Positions 38,499-48,651 of a stretch of DNA of 64,000 bases are shown one piece after another. The position numbers and the translations under genes were made by a program. The number at the start of each line of letters is the position of its first letter. Within the stretch, counting starts at the first letter, position 1. The DNA is from an uncultured Clostridia bacterium (GTDB lineage Bacteria > Bacillota > Clostridia > TANB77 > CAG-508): positions 2,753 through 66,752 of the forward strand of contig CAKPSX010000002.1 of NCBI GenBank assembly GCA_934184665.1, read 5' to 3'. The notes under the pieces are model-generated. The model had not been told where the DNA came from. It ran no database searches and saw nothing but the letters and a program-made list of their open reading frames with translations.

Positions 38499-38507
38499 GG
38501 TCTTAAT

Positions 38508-38987
38508 ATGAAGAAAGAAAAAGAAGTACTAAAAGTAATTAATATAATATTAGTTTTAATTTGGATGATAACAGTTTTCGGCTTTTCTAATCAGAATGGT
38601 ACACAGTCAACTAATACAAGTCAAACAGTTACAAAAGTTGTAGTAAAACCAATACTTACAGAAGATGAAAAGAAAAATAAAACTATTATAAAAGATACAG
38701 AAAAAGTAATAAGAAAATTAGCTCATTATACGATATATACAATTGGAGGAGCATTAATCTTAAATTATGCATACTCAACAAAAAGTAGTAAGAAAAAACA
38801 AATAATATATAGCATACTTTTTGGACTCATGTATGCTATCACAGATGAATTACATCAATACTTTATTTCAGAAAGAAGTGCGAGAATATTTGATGTATGT
38901 ATAGATACGTTAGGGGTAATTACAGGAATATTAATATATTCAGTAATTCGAAAACACATTCAGAAGTTAAAAAAAACACAAGAGTAA
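38508..38987 (+). CDS. VanZ family membrane protein
   Basis: KLAHYTIYTIGGALIL and ITDELHQYFISERSARIFDVCIDTLGVITG are typical VanZ-like motifs. 4 TM helices. Confidence 0.8.
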   Translation: MKKEKEVLKVINIILVLIWMITVFGFSNQNGTQSTNTSQTVTKVVVKPILTEDEKKNKTIIKDTEKVIRKLAHYTIYTIGGALILNYAYSTKSSKKKQIIYSILFGLMYAITDELHQYFISERSARIFDVCIDTLGVITGILIYSVIRKHIQKLKKTQE

Positions 38988-39005
38988 AACAAGGAGGAAA
39001 CAAAA

Positions 39006-39704
39006 GTGAATATTGGAATGACACATGAAAATGTTATTGATGATATTTCAATGTTAAAATTACCTAAAAAAGGGTATAGAGATTTATTAGGAAAAGATGT
39101 GCCATATAAAATAGTAAAAAGAACGGCAGATGTAATGCTTTCATCTATTGCAATGGTTACATTATTGCCAGTATTTGCAGTCATAGCACTGGCAATAAAA
39201 TTAGAATCAAAAGGGCCAGTATTTTTCAAACATACAAGAATAGGAAAAGATGGAAAAATAATAAAATTATATAAATTTAGATCAATGGTTGATAATGCAG
39301 AAGATTTAATAAAAAAATTCACACCAGAGCAAATGAAAGAATACCAAGAAAATTATAAATTAAAAGATGACCCTAGAATAACAAAAGTTGGAAAATTCTT
39401 AAGAAAAACCAGTTTAGATGAATTACCACAATTGATAAACATAATAAAAGGCGACTTATCTATAATTGGTCCAAGACCAGTAGTTTCAGAAGAACTAAAA
39501 AAATATGGAGTAAATACAGAGAAATTTTTGAGTGTTACACCTGGACTTACAGGATATTGGGCAGCAAATGGTAGAAGTTGCATAAATTATGAGCAACGTA
39601 TGCAGATGGAACTTTTTTACATAGATAATTTATCATTTAAAATGGATATGAAAGTGTTTTTTAAAACAATAGAAGCTGTAGCTAAAAGAAAAGGAGCAGT
39701 CTAA
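39006..39704 (+). CDS. Undecaprenyl-phosphate sugar phosphotransferase (small bacterial sugar transferase, initiating enzyme)
   Basis: KRTADVMLSSIAMVTLLPVF...GPVFFKHTRIGKDGKIIKLYKFRSM...DELPQLINIIKGDLSIIGPRP. GTG start 8 nt after AGGAGG. Confidence 0.9.
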   Translation: MNIGMTHENVIDDISMLKLPKKGYRDLLGKDVPYKIVKRTADVMLSSIAMVTLLPVFAVIALAIKLESKGPVFFKHTRIGKDGKIIKLYKFRSMVDNAEDLIKKFTPEQMKEYQENYKLKDDPRITKVGKFLRKTSLDELPQLINIIKGDLSIIGPRPVVSEELKKYGVNTEKFLSVTPGLTGYWAANGRSCINYEQRMQMELFYIDNLSFKMDMKVFFKTIEAVAKRKGAV

Positions 39705-40532
39705 ATGGATAAAAATTATAGCGTACTTATGAGTGTTTATTATAAAGAAAATCCAAAATGGTTTAGAGAGAGTATAGAAAGTATGCTAAATCAGACAATT
39801 CGTACAAATGATTTTGTAATTGTAAAAGATGGAAAATTAACAAATGAGTTAGATGAAGTTATATCTGAATATTGTAAAAAATATCCAGATATATTTAGTA
39901 TAATCGAACTGAATAAAAACATGGGACTTGGTCCTGCACTAGCCACAGGGATAATAAAATGTAAAAATGAATTAGTAGCAAGAATGGATTCTGATGACTA
40001 TTCAGTACCAGAACGATGTGAAAAACAATTGAAACAATTTGAAGAAGATGAAGAACTAGATATAATTGGGTCTGATCAAGCAGAATTTATTGACAATATT
40101 AATAATGTCATTTCATACAAAAAATTTCCATATGAAGATGACAAAATAAAGAAATATGCAAGAAGGAGAAATCCGTTCTCACATTCTGTAGTTATGTTTA
40201 AGAAAAGTATAGTACTACAAGCAGGAAATTATAGAGAATACTACTTATGTGAAGATTACGATTTATGGGTTAGAATGATAGAAAATAATGCGGTATGCAG
40301 AAATATAAATGAGACTTTAAATTATGTTAGAATTAGCGAGGATTTATACAAGAGAAGAGGCGGAATAAAATATTTAAGAACAATCATGAAATTTAAAAGG
40401 GAAATGTATAAAAAAGGTTTTTATACATTAAATGACTATATTATAAGCGCAGGGAGCCATACAATTGTATGTTTAATGCCTAATTTTATGCGAAAGCTTT
40501 TTTATGAAAAAATGTTAAGGAAAAGGAAATAG
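39705..40532 (+). CDS. Family 2 glycosyltransferase
   Basis: YSVLMSVYYKENPKWFRESIESMLNQT and the RMDSDDYS (DxD) motif. Confidence 0.85.
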   Translation: MDKNYSVLMSVYYKENPKWFRESIESMLNQTIRTNDFVIVKDGKLTNELDEVISEYCKKYPDIFSIIELNKNMGLGPALATGIIKCKNELVARMDSDDYSVPERCEKQLKQFEEDEELDIIGSDQAEFIDNINNVISYKKFPYEDDKIKKYARRRNPFSHSVVMFKKSIVLQAGNYREYYLCEDYDLWVRMIENNAVCRNINETLNYVRISEDLYKRRGGIKYLRTIMKFKREMYKKGFYTLNDYIISAGSHTIVCLMPNFMRKLFYEKMLRKRK

Positions 40533-40535
40533 ATT

Positions 40536-41657
40536 ATGAAAACTAAAGTTGAGGTAATAACATTGCAGAGAGTTCCTAACTATGGTTCTGTATTACAGGG
40601 ATATGCAACGCAAAAGGTAATAGAAAAATTAGGATATGAAGTTGAACTAATTAATTATTATCCACAAAGAATGCACATGTTTGCAATGCTTAAAAGATTA
40701 AAATACAAGAATGATAAGCTAAGGAAATCTTTGGTTTTAAGAACTATTGCAAGATTGGTTATAATACCATCATATATAAAAAGATTTAGAGTATTCAATA
40801 AATTTACTAAAGAACACATAAAAATGACAGACAAACAATATATAACATTTGAAGATTTGAAGAATGATATTCCAAAAGCTGATATATATTGTACAGGAAG
40901 TGATCAAGTATGGAATTCTAAATGGAATGAAGGAATAGACTACAGTTTATTTTTAGATTTTCTTCCAGAAAACAAAAAACGCATAACATATGCAGCAAGC
41001 TTTGGAAAAGCAGAACTGGAAGATTTTGAAATAGATGAAACAAGGAAAATGCTTAAAAGATATGATGCTATTTCTGTAAGAGAAAAATCAGGAGTAGATA
41101 TAATAAGAAAATTAGGCATAGAAAATGTTACAAATGTAGTAGATCCAACATTACTTTTAAATGGAGATGATTGGAGAAGACTAAGCTCAAATAAACATAA
41201 AGATGAAAAGTATATTTTAGTGTATAATTTAAATAGAAATAAAAAAATAGATAACTATGCTAAAAAATTATCAAAAGAAACAGGATTAAAAATATATTAT
41301 TTAAGTTATCAATTACATGAACTTTATAAAACAGGAAAAATGTTTTGCAATCCTAATGTAGAAGATTTTATATCACTTATTGATAATGCTCAATATGTTA
41401 TTACGGACTCATTTCATGCAACAGCATTTTCATTAAATTTGAACACTCAATTTGTAATAGTCTATCCAGAAAAATATAGCACTAGATTACAGAGTATATT
41501 GGAATTACTAGGATTAGAAAATAGAGTTGCAAAGGATGAAGATGATATGGGGGTTGTTGAAAAAAATATAGATTTTGAAGAAATTAATAAAAAAATAGAA
41601 TCTATGAGAATGAAGTCATTAGAATGGTTAAACAATGCATTAAAGGGGGATAAATAA
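40536..41657 (+). CDS. Polysaccharide pyruvyl transferase family protein
   Basis: N-terminal VITLQRVPNYGSVLQGYA, the GSDQVWN motif and C-terminal VITDSFHATAF, typical of PF04230. Confidence 0.8.
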   Translation: MKTKVEVITLQRVPNYGSVLQGYATQKVIEKLGYEVELINYYPQRMHMFAMLKRLKYKNDKLRKSLVLRTIARLVIIPSYIKRFRVFNKFTKEHIKMTDKQYITFEDLKNDIPKADIYCTGSDQVWNSKWNEGIDYSLFLDFLPENKKRITYAASFGKAELEDFEIDETRKMLKRYDAISVREKSGVDIIRKLGIENVTNVVDPTLLLNGDDWRRLSSNKHKDEKYILVYNLNRNKKIDNYAKKLSKETGLKIYYLSYQLHELYKTGKMFCNPNVEDFISLIDNAQYVITDSFHATAFSLNLNTQFVIVYPEKYSTRLQSILELLGLENRVAKDEDDMGVVEKNIDFEEINKKIESMRMKSLEWLNNALKGDK

Positions 41658-41658
41658 G

Positions 41659-42516
41659 TTGAATAAAGTTACAGAAATTTTAAGAAAAGGCACAAGAGAG
41701 ATACTTAGATATATGCCAATAAAAGAATCGGTTCCGACTAGTGTACTATATGGAGATTTATTGAAAAATAGAACAGCATTAATAACTGGGGGAACAAGTG
41801 GTATAGGATTTTCAATTGCAGATTCATTTGTGAAAAATGGAGCTTGTGTGATTATAACTGGAAGAAATAAAATAAAAATTGATATGGCAGTAGAAAAATT
41901 AAAATCTCAAAATGATAATGCATTGATTTATGGATTTGAGCTTGATAATACAAGAATAAAAGAAATGAATGAAAAATTTAACAATATTTTAAAGGAAATC
42001 AACAATAGGAAAATAGATATTTTAGTGAATAATGCAGGGATTATAAATAAAACTCAATTTTGGGATAGTACAGAAGAAGATTTTGACAATGTAATTAATA
42101 CAAATCTTAAAGGAACATATTTTATTACTAAAATAGTTGCTAAATATATGTTAGAAAATAAAATAAAGGGAAATATTTTAAACATATCTTCTTCATCATC
42201 AATAAGACCAGCTCTAACTTCGTATCAGTTGACAAAATGGGGAATAAGAGCATTTACAAAAGGATTAGCAAAAGAATTAAGTCCTAAAGGTATTGTCGTA
42301 AATAGTATTGCGCCTGGACCTACGGCAACAGATATGTTACTTAATGGAGATAATAATATAAATAGACCTAATTCGCCTATTGGAAGATATGCAACAACAG
42401 ATGAAATTGCTTCATTATCTACTATACTTGTTAGTGATTTATCAAGAATGATAGATGGAGATACAATTTTTGCTACTGGTGGTTGTGGAAATCTAACGTT
42501 TGATGATTGGGATTAA
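41659..42516 (+). CDS. SDR family oxidoreductase
   Basis: TGGTSGIGFSIA (TGxxxGxG), NNAGI and the catalytic YQLTK (YxxxK). TTG start 8 nt after AAGGGGGA. Confidence 0.85.
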   Translation: MNKVTEILRKGTREILRYMPIKESVPTSVLYGDLLKNRTALITGGTSGIGFSIADSFVKNGACVIITGRNKIKIDMAVEKLKSQNDNALIYGFELDNTRIKEMNEKFNNILKEINNRKIDILVNNAGIINKTQFWDSTEEDFDNVINTNLKGTYFITKIVAKYMLENKIKGNILNISSSSSIRPALTSYQLTKWGIRAFTKGLAKELSPKGIVVNSIAPGPTATDMLLNGDNNINRPNSPIGRYATTDEIASLSTILVSDLSRMIDGDTIFATGGCGNLTFDDWD

Positions 42517-42528
42517 GGAGGAATATAT

Positions 42529-44289
42529 ATGTACACAGAGGTAAAAAGTTATCAATATATAATTTCACTGTTAAAAGAATATGGGATAAGTAAATGTGTT
42601 TTGTCATCAGGATCGAGAAATGTACCTTTTGTTCATAGTGTTGAAAAAGATTCATATTTTAAATGTTATTCTATTGTTGATGAAAGAAGTGCAGGATATT
42701 TTGCTTTAGGACTATCACAAGAGTTAAATGAACCTGTGGTTATTTCATGTACTTCATCAACTGCAACATGTAACTATTGGCCTGCAGTTGCGGAAGCATA
42801 TTATCAAAATGTTCCATTGGTTATTTTAACAAGTGACAGAGATCAAAGAATGATAGGTCAATGGGAAGATCAATTAATAGATCAAGTAGGCATGTATGAT
42901 AGACATGTAAGAAAATCTGTTAATTTACCAATAATAAATGATAAAGATGATGAAATATATTGCCAAAGATTAATAAATGAGGCTTTATTAGAATTGAATC
43001 ATAATGGAGCAAAAGGACCTGTTCAAATTAATATACCAACTAATACATATAATCGCTCATTTTTAGCAAAAGAATTACCTTATACTAAAAAAATTGATAG
43101 GTTATTTTTAAATAGCAAGGAAAATTGGAATGATTCAATAAAAGAGTTAAATGAATATAAAAAAATATTAGTTATTTGTGGACAAAAGGCAGATGTAAGT
43201 ATTGAATTAAAGAAGGAACTTGAAAAATTTTTTGAAAATTATAATTGTGCTATAGTAGGTGACTATATGTCAAATGTAAACTTAGATTGTTTTATAAATA
43301 CAACAATATCTACTGATTCAAATGTTATATCAGGGAAAATTTTTAATGAATTAATGCCAGATTTAGTTATATCTTTTGGTGGTCAGATCTTTTCAGGTAT
43401 AAAAGGACAACTAAAAAGTAATCATGGAAAATTTAAGCACTGGATAATTCAAGAGGATGGCAAAGTCATTGATGCATTTAAATCACTAAATAAAATATTT
43501 GAGTGTAGACCAGAGGAAGCTTTTAAATATTTTAATGAAAAAGCAGCAAATAAAAATTCAATGGAATATTACAATGATTTTAAAAAGTATAACGACGAAG
43601 TGTCTTCAAAAAAATATAAATTTGAATATTCAAATGTTTATGCAATAAAAAATATTGTAGAAAGCATACCTGATAATTCCATATTACATTTAAGTATAAA
43701 TGATAGTATTAGATTAACTAATTTTTTTGATATACCAAAGAATACCAGAGTTTATGCTAATATTGGAACTCATGGAATTGATGGATGCATGTCATCTTTC
43801 TTTGGACAATCTGTTGCAAGCAATAAACCATGTTTTCTTATTATTGGGGATTTGTCATTTTTCTATGACATGAACTCAATTAGAATAAATGCAATAAAGA
43901 ATAATGTACACATATTATTAATAAATAATCATGGAGGAGCTGAATTTTATTATAATAAAATTCAACAAAATGATGACAGACATACAACTGCAAGACATAA
44001 TAATATAGCTGAGGGTTGGGTTAAAGACAATAATTTTATTTATTTATCTGCACATAATAAAAAAGAATTTGATGATAATATAAAAAAATTTATGAAAGAA
44101 AATGAAAGACCAATTATTTTTGAGGTTTTTACAGAGATGAAAACAGATGCAGAAGAAATCCATAAATTTTATAATAGTGTAAAGCCAAAAGATCTAAAAA
44201 CTGAAGTAATAAGAAAATCAAAAGACTTTGTTAAAAAAAATATTGGACAAGAAAAGGCAAAAAAAATATTGAATTTATTTGATAAATAA
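42529..44289 (+). CDS. Thiamine-diphosphate-dependent enzyme, MenD (SEPHCHC synthase)-like
   Basis: N-terminal SSGSRNVPF...VDERSAGYFALGLSQ...CTSSTATCNYWPAVAEAYYQNVPLVILTSDRD and a C-terminal ThDP motif IIGDLSFFYDMNS...LINNHGG closely follow the MenD pattern. Strong SD (AAGGAGG). Confidence 0.75.
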   Translation: MYTEVKSYQYIISLLKEYGISKCVLSSGSRNVPFVHSVEKDSYFKCYSIVDERSAGYFALGLSQELNEPVVISCTSSTATCNYWPAVAEAYYQNVPLVILTSDRDQRMIGQWEDQLIDQVGMYDRHVRKSVNLPIINDKDDEIYCQRLINEALLELNHNGAKGPVQINIPTNTYNRSFLAKELPYTKKIDRLFLNSKENWNDSIKELNEYKKILVICGQKADVSIELKKELEKFFENYNCAIVGDYMSNVNLDCFINTTISTDSNVISGKIFNELMPDLVISFGGQIFSGIKGQLKSNHGKFKHWIIQEDGKVIDAFKSLNKIFECRPEEAFKYFNEKAANKNSMEYYNDFKKYNDEVSSKKYKFEYSNVYAIKNIVESIPDNSILHLSINDSIRLTNFFDIPKNTRVYANIGTHGIDGCMSSFFGQSVASNKPCFLIIGDLSFFYDMNSIRINAIKNNVHILLINNHGGAEFYYNKIQQNDDRHTTARHNNIAEGWVKDNNFIYLSAHNKKEFDDNIKKFMKENERPIIFEVFTEMKTDAEEIHKFYNSVKPKDLKTEVIRKSKDFVKKNIGQEKAKKILNLFDK

Positions 44290-44302
44290 AGTAGGTGTAA
44301 AA

Positions 44303-45379
44303 GTGAAAAAAGTATTGTTTATAATTCCCACGCTAACACAAACGAATGGTGTTGCGGCATTTATAGTAAATTATTTAAGCAGATTTAAATTAAATAACTT
44401 TGAAGTTGAAGTTGTTTATAATAATTTGAGACCATCACAAAAATATATTGATTTTTTTAAAAGTAAAGGAATAAGAACTTATGCATTGCCATATGTTAGA
44501 GATGTCGGATTAAAGAACTATAAAGAAAAAATAAAAAAGTTTTTTAAAGAGCATCATGATTATGAGTTGATTTACAGCAATGTAGGATATCAAACATATT
44601 TTTTTTACAATGAAGCTAAAAAATATAATTTAAAAAAATTTGCTATACATGCACATGGAACACAGTCATCAGATAATACATTGAAAAATATACTGGGAGG
44701 AATTTTACAAACAAAAATCAATAAATATTGTAATTATAAATTTGCATGTTCAAAACTTGCAGGAGAAGGTTTATTTAAATCAAATGATTTCAAAGTAATA
44801 AATAATGCAATTGATTATAATAATTTTAAATTTAATAATGATTATAGAAGTAAACTAAGAAAAAGATTTTATATAGAGGATGAAAAAAAAATCATTGGAT
44901 TTGTAGGTAGATTTGTAGTACAGAAAAATGTATTTTTCTTTATAGAATTAGCTAAGAAGTTGGATAATGAATATAAAATAATGATGATTGGAACAGGAAT
45001 ATTAAAAAATGATTTTATGAAGAAAATTAAAGAATATAATATGGAAAACAAATTTACCTTTATTGATGAAATTTCAAATGTAAATGAATATTATTCTATG
45101 TTTGACTATTTTCTTTTGCCATCATTATTTGAAGGATTACCTGTTGTTGGAGTTGAAGCACAAGCAAATGGGTTACCTTGCTTATTTTCGGATACTATTT
45201 CAGATGAGTGTAAAATATCAGAAAATACAGTATATTTGAATAGAAACAATGTTGATGAGTGGATTGAAAGTATAGATAAAATGGAAAGAAATGATAATTT
45301 GAAATTAAAAGATGATTTTGATATAGATGTTCAAGCAAAAAAATTTGAAGATTTACTTTCAAAGATTGTGGAAGAATAA
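44303..45379 (+). CDS. Family 4 (GT-B) glycosyltransferase
   Basis: KKVLFIIPTLTQTNGVA N-terminus and C-terminal PSLFEGLPVVGVEAQANGLPCL (EX7E-type). GTG 44303 lies 7 nt after AGGTG. Confidence 0.85.
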   Translation: MKKVLFIIPTLTQTNGVAAFIVNYLSRFKLNNFEVEVVYNNLRPSQKYIDFFKSKGIRTYALPYVRDVGLKNYKEKIKKFFKEHHDYELIYSNVGYQTYFFYNEAKKYNLKKFAIHAHGTQSSDNTLKNILGGILQTKINKYCNYKFACSKLAGEGLFKSNDFKVINNAIDYNNFKFNNDYRSKLRKRFYIEDEKKIIGFVGRFVVQKNVFFFIELAKKLDNEYKIMMIGTGILKNDFMKKIKEYNMENKFTFIDEISNVNEYYSMFDYFLLPSLFEGLPVVGVEAQANGLPCLFSDTISDECKISENTVYLNRNNVDEWIESIDKMERNDNLKLKDDFDIDVQAKKFEDLLSKIVEE

Positions 45380-45409
45380 AAATTATTCAGGAAGGAATGT
45401 ATTATAAAA

Positions 45410-46378
45410 ATGAATGATCTTATAAGTGTTATTATACCCGTTTATAATGTTGAAAGATATCTAAAGAAATGTGTAGACAGTGTTTTGAAGCAAGACTATA
45501 CTAATATTGAAATTATACTAGTTGACGATGGTTCAACAGATAATTCTGGAAACATATGTGATGAGTACTTTAGTAAATATCCAGATAAAATAAAAGTTTT
45601 TCATAAAAAAAATGGAGGTCTTTCTGATGCTAGAAATTATGGCATAAAAAAATCAAATGGAAAATATTTGATTTTCGTTGATAGCGATGATTGGATAGAA
45701 GAAAATACAATAAGTTATTCATATAAAGAAATAATTGAAAATAATGCACAAATTGCTGTATATGGAATTTCCATAGATCAAGAAGGCAAACAATCAAAAA
45801 TAAAAAAACCTTCTGAGAAAAGAATAATTTCATCTAAATTAGCAATTATATATCTAAATTCATTTAGAGGTATAGATGTAAGTGCATGCAATAAAATGTT
45901 TTGCAGAGAAATTTTTAATAATATAGAATTTCCTGTAGGTAAATTATGTGAAGATTATTATATAATGTATAAATTATTCGAAAACACAAAACAGATAATT
46001 CTTATTCCAGAAGCATTTTATCATTATTATCAAAGACCTAATAGTATTGTAAGAAATTCAAATCTTAACATGGATTATTTATATGCGGCTGAAGAAGAAA
46101 TGAAATACTTGAGTAAATATTATAAAGATATCGAATTTGCAGGAATTACTGGATATGTTTTTGCTAATATTACATTATATCATATAAAATATATAAGAAA
46201 TATGAAAACTGAAAAAAAGGAATTATTAAAACAGATAAAAAAGTATAATAAGTCTGTTTTAAATAATAAATACTTACCAATTGCTAGAAAGATTCAATAT
46301 ATAATTTTTACATATTTTAATAATGTGTATAATTTATGGCTAAGGATAAAATTTAGAAAGGTGAGAAAAAACAAATGA
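45410..46378 (+). CDS. Family 2 glycosyltransferase
   Basis: ISVIIPVYNVERYLKKCVDSVLKQDY...ILVDDGSTDNS...FVDSDDW. Confidence 0.9.
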   Translation: MNDLISVIIPVYNVERYLKKCVDSVLKQDYTNIEIILVDDGSTDNSGNICDEYFSKYPDKIKVFHKKNGGLSDARNYGIKKSNGKYLIFVDSDDWIEENTISYSYKEIIENNAQIAVYGISIDQEGKQSKIKKPSEKRIISSKLAIIYLNSFRGIDVSACNKMFCREIFNNIEFPVGKLCEDYYIMYKLFENTKQIILIPEAFYHYYQRPNSIVRNSNLNMDYLYAAEEEMKYLSKYYKDIEFAGITGYVFANITLYHIKYIRNMKTEKKELLKQIKKYNKSVLNNKYLPIARKIQYIIFTYFNNVYNLWLRIKFRKVRKNK

Positions 46379-47610
46379 AAAAAAAATTTAAAATAAGCCT
46401 CTATCCCATTGCAGTTATATTAACTTATTTTTTTTGTATAATTAGATTAAGTTATGTATCAAATATAAATAATTATGCTTTAATTATTGCCATTTTGCTT
46501 TTTATATTCCTATTTGTAAAAGGGGCAGTAACAAAAAATTATAAATATCAAAAAATTAATCTATCATTATTTGTTTTTTGCATACTAGCAATAGTGTCTT
46601 CAATTGTAAATATGAAAAATATTGATGGTACCTTATTATATGTTTTAAAGATAATAGATATAACATTATTAGTACAGTATGTCACAGAAATAAAAAAAGA
46701 TGTAAATAGCTCTAAAATATTATTTTTTCTATCTGTTATTATGACATTTGTAACAATAGGCTATCAGATGTCACATCCATTTTTTGCATGGAAAAATGGA
46801 TTGAATTATTTTATAGGATCGAAATTTTCGGTGTCATATAATGCTATAAGTTCAATGATATTTTATCAATATGCTTTTGGCAATGGAAAACATAAAAATA
46901 TATTTAACATAATATTAATTATTTTATTTGGATTTGTAGTATATGCATGCGATTATGTAAAATGTATGACAGGAGTTATTGGAGCAATTATATGCTTTAT
47001 ATTTATAATTTTAGCAAAATTAAAAAAATTAAAAAGTAAGAAAACATCTGTATTGTTAAAATCAAATACAGCAATATTAATTTTTATTATAAGTGCAATA
47101 AGCGTTTTATTATTAGAAAAAATAATTTCTATTCCAATAATAGAGGATTTTATAATAAATACTCTAGGAAAAAGTTCTGATTTATCAGGTAGATTGATTG
47201 TTTATGAAAATTATCCTATATATTTAAAAGATCACATTATATTTGGATATGGCTACAATAATGTTTATGAACTATTTAAAGATACAATGAGAATTAGAAG
47301 TAATTCATTTGCATTTGATGCACAGAATGCTTTACTAGAATATTTTCTTTATTTTGGTTTGTTTGGTACATCAAGTTTTATTGTGTTTGTAAAAAATTCA
47401 TTTAAAAGATTAGGAAATTTATCAATAGATGAAATGGATAGAAAGAGAATTTTTATATTGGGCTTTTATTTATTGGTATTTTTGGGAATAATAGAAATAA
47501 CTATCAATCCGTTATTTTATTTATTTTTGTCATTTATTGCTTGTGGAGAAAAGGAAGGAGAAATAGATAATGAAAAAAGTGGGAATAATCAGTATGCAGA
47601 GGATAATTAA
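46375..47610 (+). CDS. Wzy-type polysaccharide polymerase / O-antigen ligase-like membrane protein
   Basis: About 10-12 TM helices with a larger loop carrying RIRSNSFAFDAQNALLEY. Its position in the locus fits. ATGA overlap with the upstream GT gene. Confidence 0.7.
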   Translation: MKKKFKISLYPIAVILTYFFCIIRLSYVSNINNYALIIAILLFIFLFVKGAVTKNYKYQKINLSLFVFCILAIVSSIVNMKNIDGTLLYVLKIIDITLLVQYVTEIKKDVNSSKILFFLSVIMTFVTIGYQMSHPFFAWKNGLNYFIGSKFSVSYNAISSMIFYQYAFGNGKHKNIFNIILIILFGFVVYACDYVKCMTGVIGAIICFIFIILAKLKKLKSKKTSVLLKSNTAILIFIISAISVLLLEKIISIPIIEDFIINTLGKSSDLSGRLIVYENYPIYLKDHIIFGYGYNNVYELFKDTMRIRSNSFAFDAQNALLEYFLYFGLFGTSSFIVFVKNSFKRLGNLSIDEMDRKRIFILGFYLLVFLGIIEITINPLFYLFLSFIACGEKEGEIDNEKSGNNQYAEDN

Positions 47611-48640
47611 TTATGGTTCTTTTTTACAATCATATGGTTTATATAGTACTATAAAAAAAATAGGATATGATGTTAATTTTATAGATTATCATTATGATGG
47701 TACATTAGTGGATATAAAGAAGACGCCATTTCTAAAGAAAATACTTAGAAATTTAAATATGATAGATTTTTTAAAAAAAAGACAGCATAATAAGAAATTT
47801 AAAGAACAAATCACAAATGCACTTAAAGAGATTGGAGTAAATGATGATTATAATTATGATAAAAATATCGATTCTCTTGTAATAGGAAGTGATGAAGTAT
47901 TCAATTGTATGCAAGGTTTTCCTGTTGGATATTCATTAGAATTATTTGGAAAGGGATTTGAAAACAAAAACATAATTTCTTATGCAGCTTCTTTTGGGTA
48001 TACAACTGCTGAAATGTTAAAGAAATATAATAAGGAAACAGAAATAGGAGACTTATTAAATAAATTTAATGCAATATCTGTTAGAGATGAGAATAGTTAC
48101 AAAATAGTTGGAAATTTGTGTAATAGAAAGTCATATATTAATCTTGACCCAGTTCTAATAGCCGATTATTCTAAATTTATAAAGAACGAAAGACCAATTA
48201 AAGAAAATTATATAATTATTTATGCTTATCCAAAAAGGTTTACTAAAGAAGAACAAAAATATATAAAATTATTTGCAAGAAAGCATAATAAAAAAATTAT
48301 AAGTTTAGGTTTTTACCAAGAAATAGCTGATTACAATTTACCAATATCACCTTTTGATGTTTTTACATATTTTAAATATGCTGATTATGTAATTACAGAT
48401 ACATTCCATGGTACAATTTTTTCAATTAAGGTTAATACGAAATTTTGTACTATTGTTAGAAAGAGCAATTTAAATAAATTATCATATTTATTAAAGACTT
48501 TAGAACAAGAAGATAGAATGGTACGTAAATTGGAAGATATTGAAACATTATATGATAAAAAAATAAATTATGAAAAAACAAATTTAATTATAAAAAATGA
48601 AACAGAAAAATCTATACATTATTTACAAGAAAACATTTGA
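47570..48640 (+). CDS. Polysaccharide pyruvyl transferase family protein (second copy)
   Basis: KKVGIISMQRIINYGSFLQSYG, GSDEVFN and VITDTFHGTIF, the same motif set as 40536-41657. Good SD (GGAGAA). Confidence 0.8.
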   Translation: MKKVGIISMQRIINYGSFLQSYGLYSTIKKIGYDVNFIDYHYDGTLVDIKKTPFLKKILRNLNMIDFLKKRQHNKKFKEQITNALKEIGVNDDYNYDKNIDSLVIGSDEVFNCMQGFPVGYSLELFGKGFENKNIISYAASFGYTTAEMLKKYNKETEIGDLLNKFNAISVRDENSYKIVGNLCNRKSYINLDPVLIADYSKFIKNERPIKENYIIIYAYPKRFTKEEQKYIKLFARKHNKKIISLGFYQEIADYNLPISPFDVFTYFKYADYVITDTFHGTIFSIKVNTKFCTIVRKSNLNKLSYLLKTLEQEDRMVRKLEDIETLYDKKINYEKTNLIIKNETEKSIHYLQENI

Positions 48641-48651
48641 GGTGATTTTAA

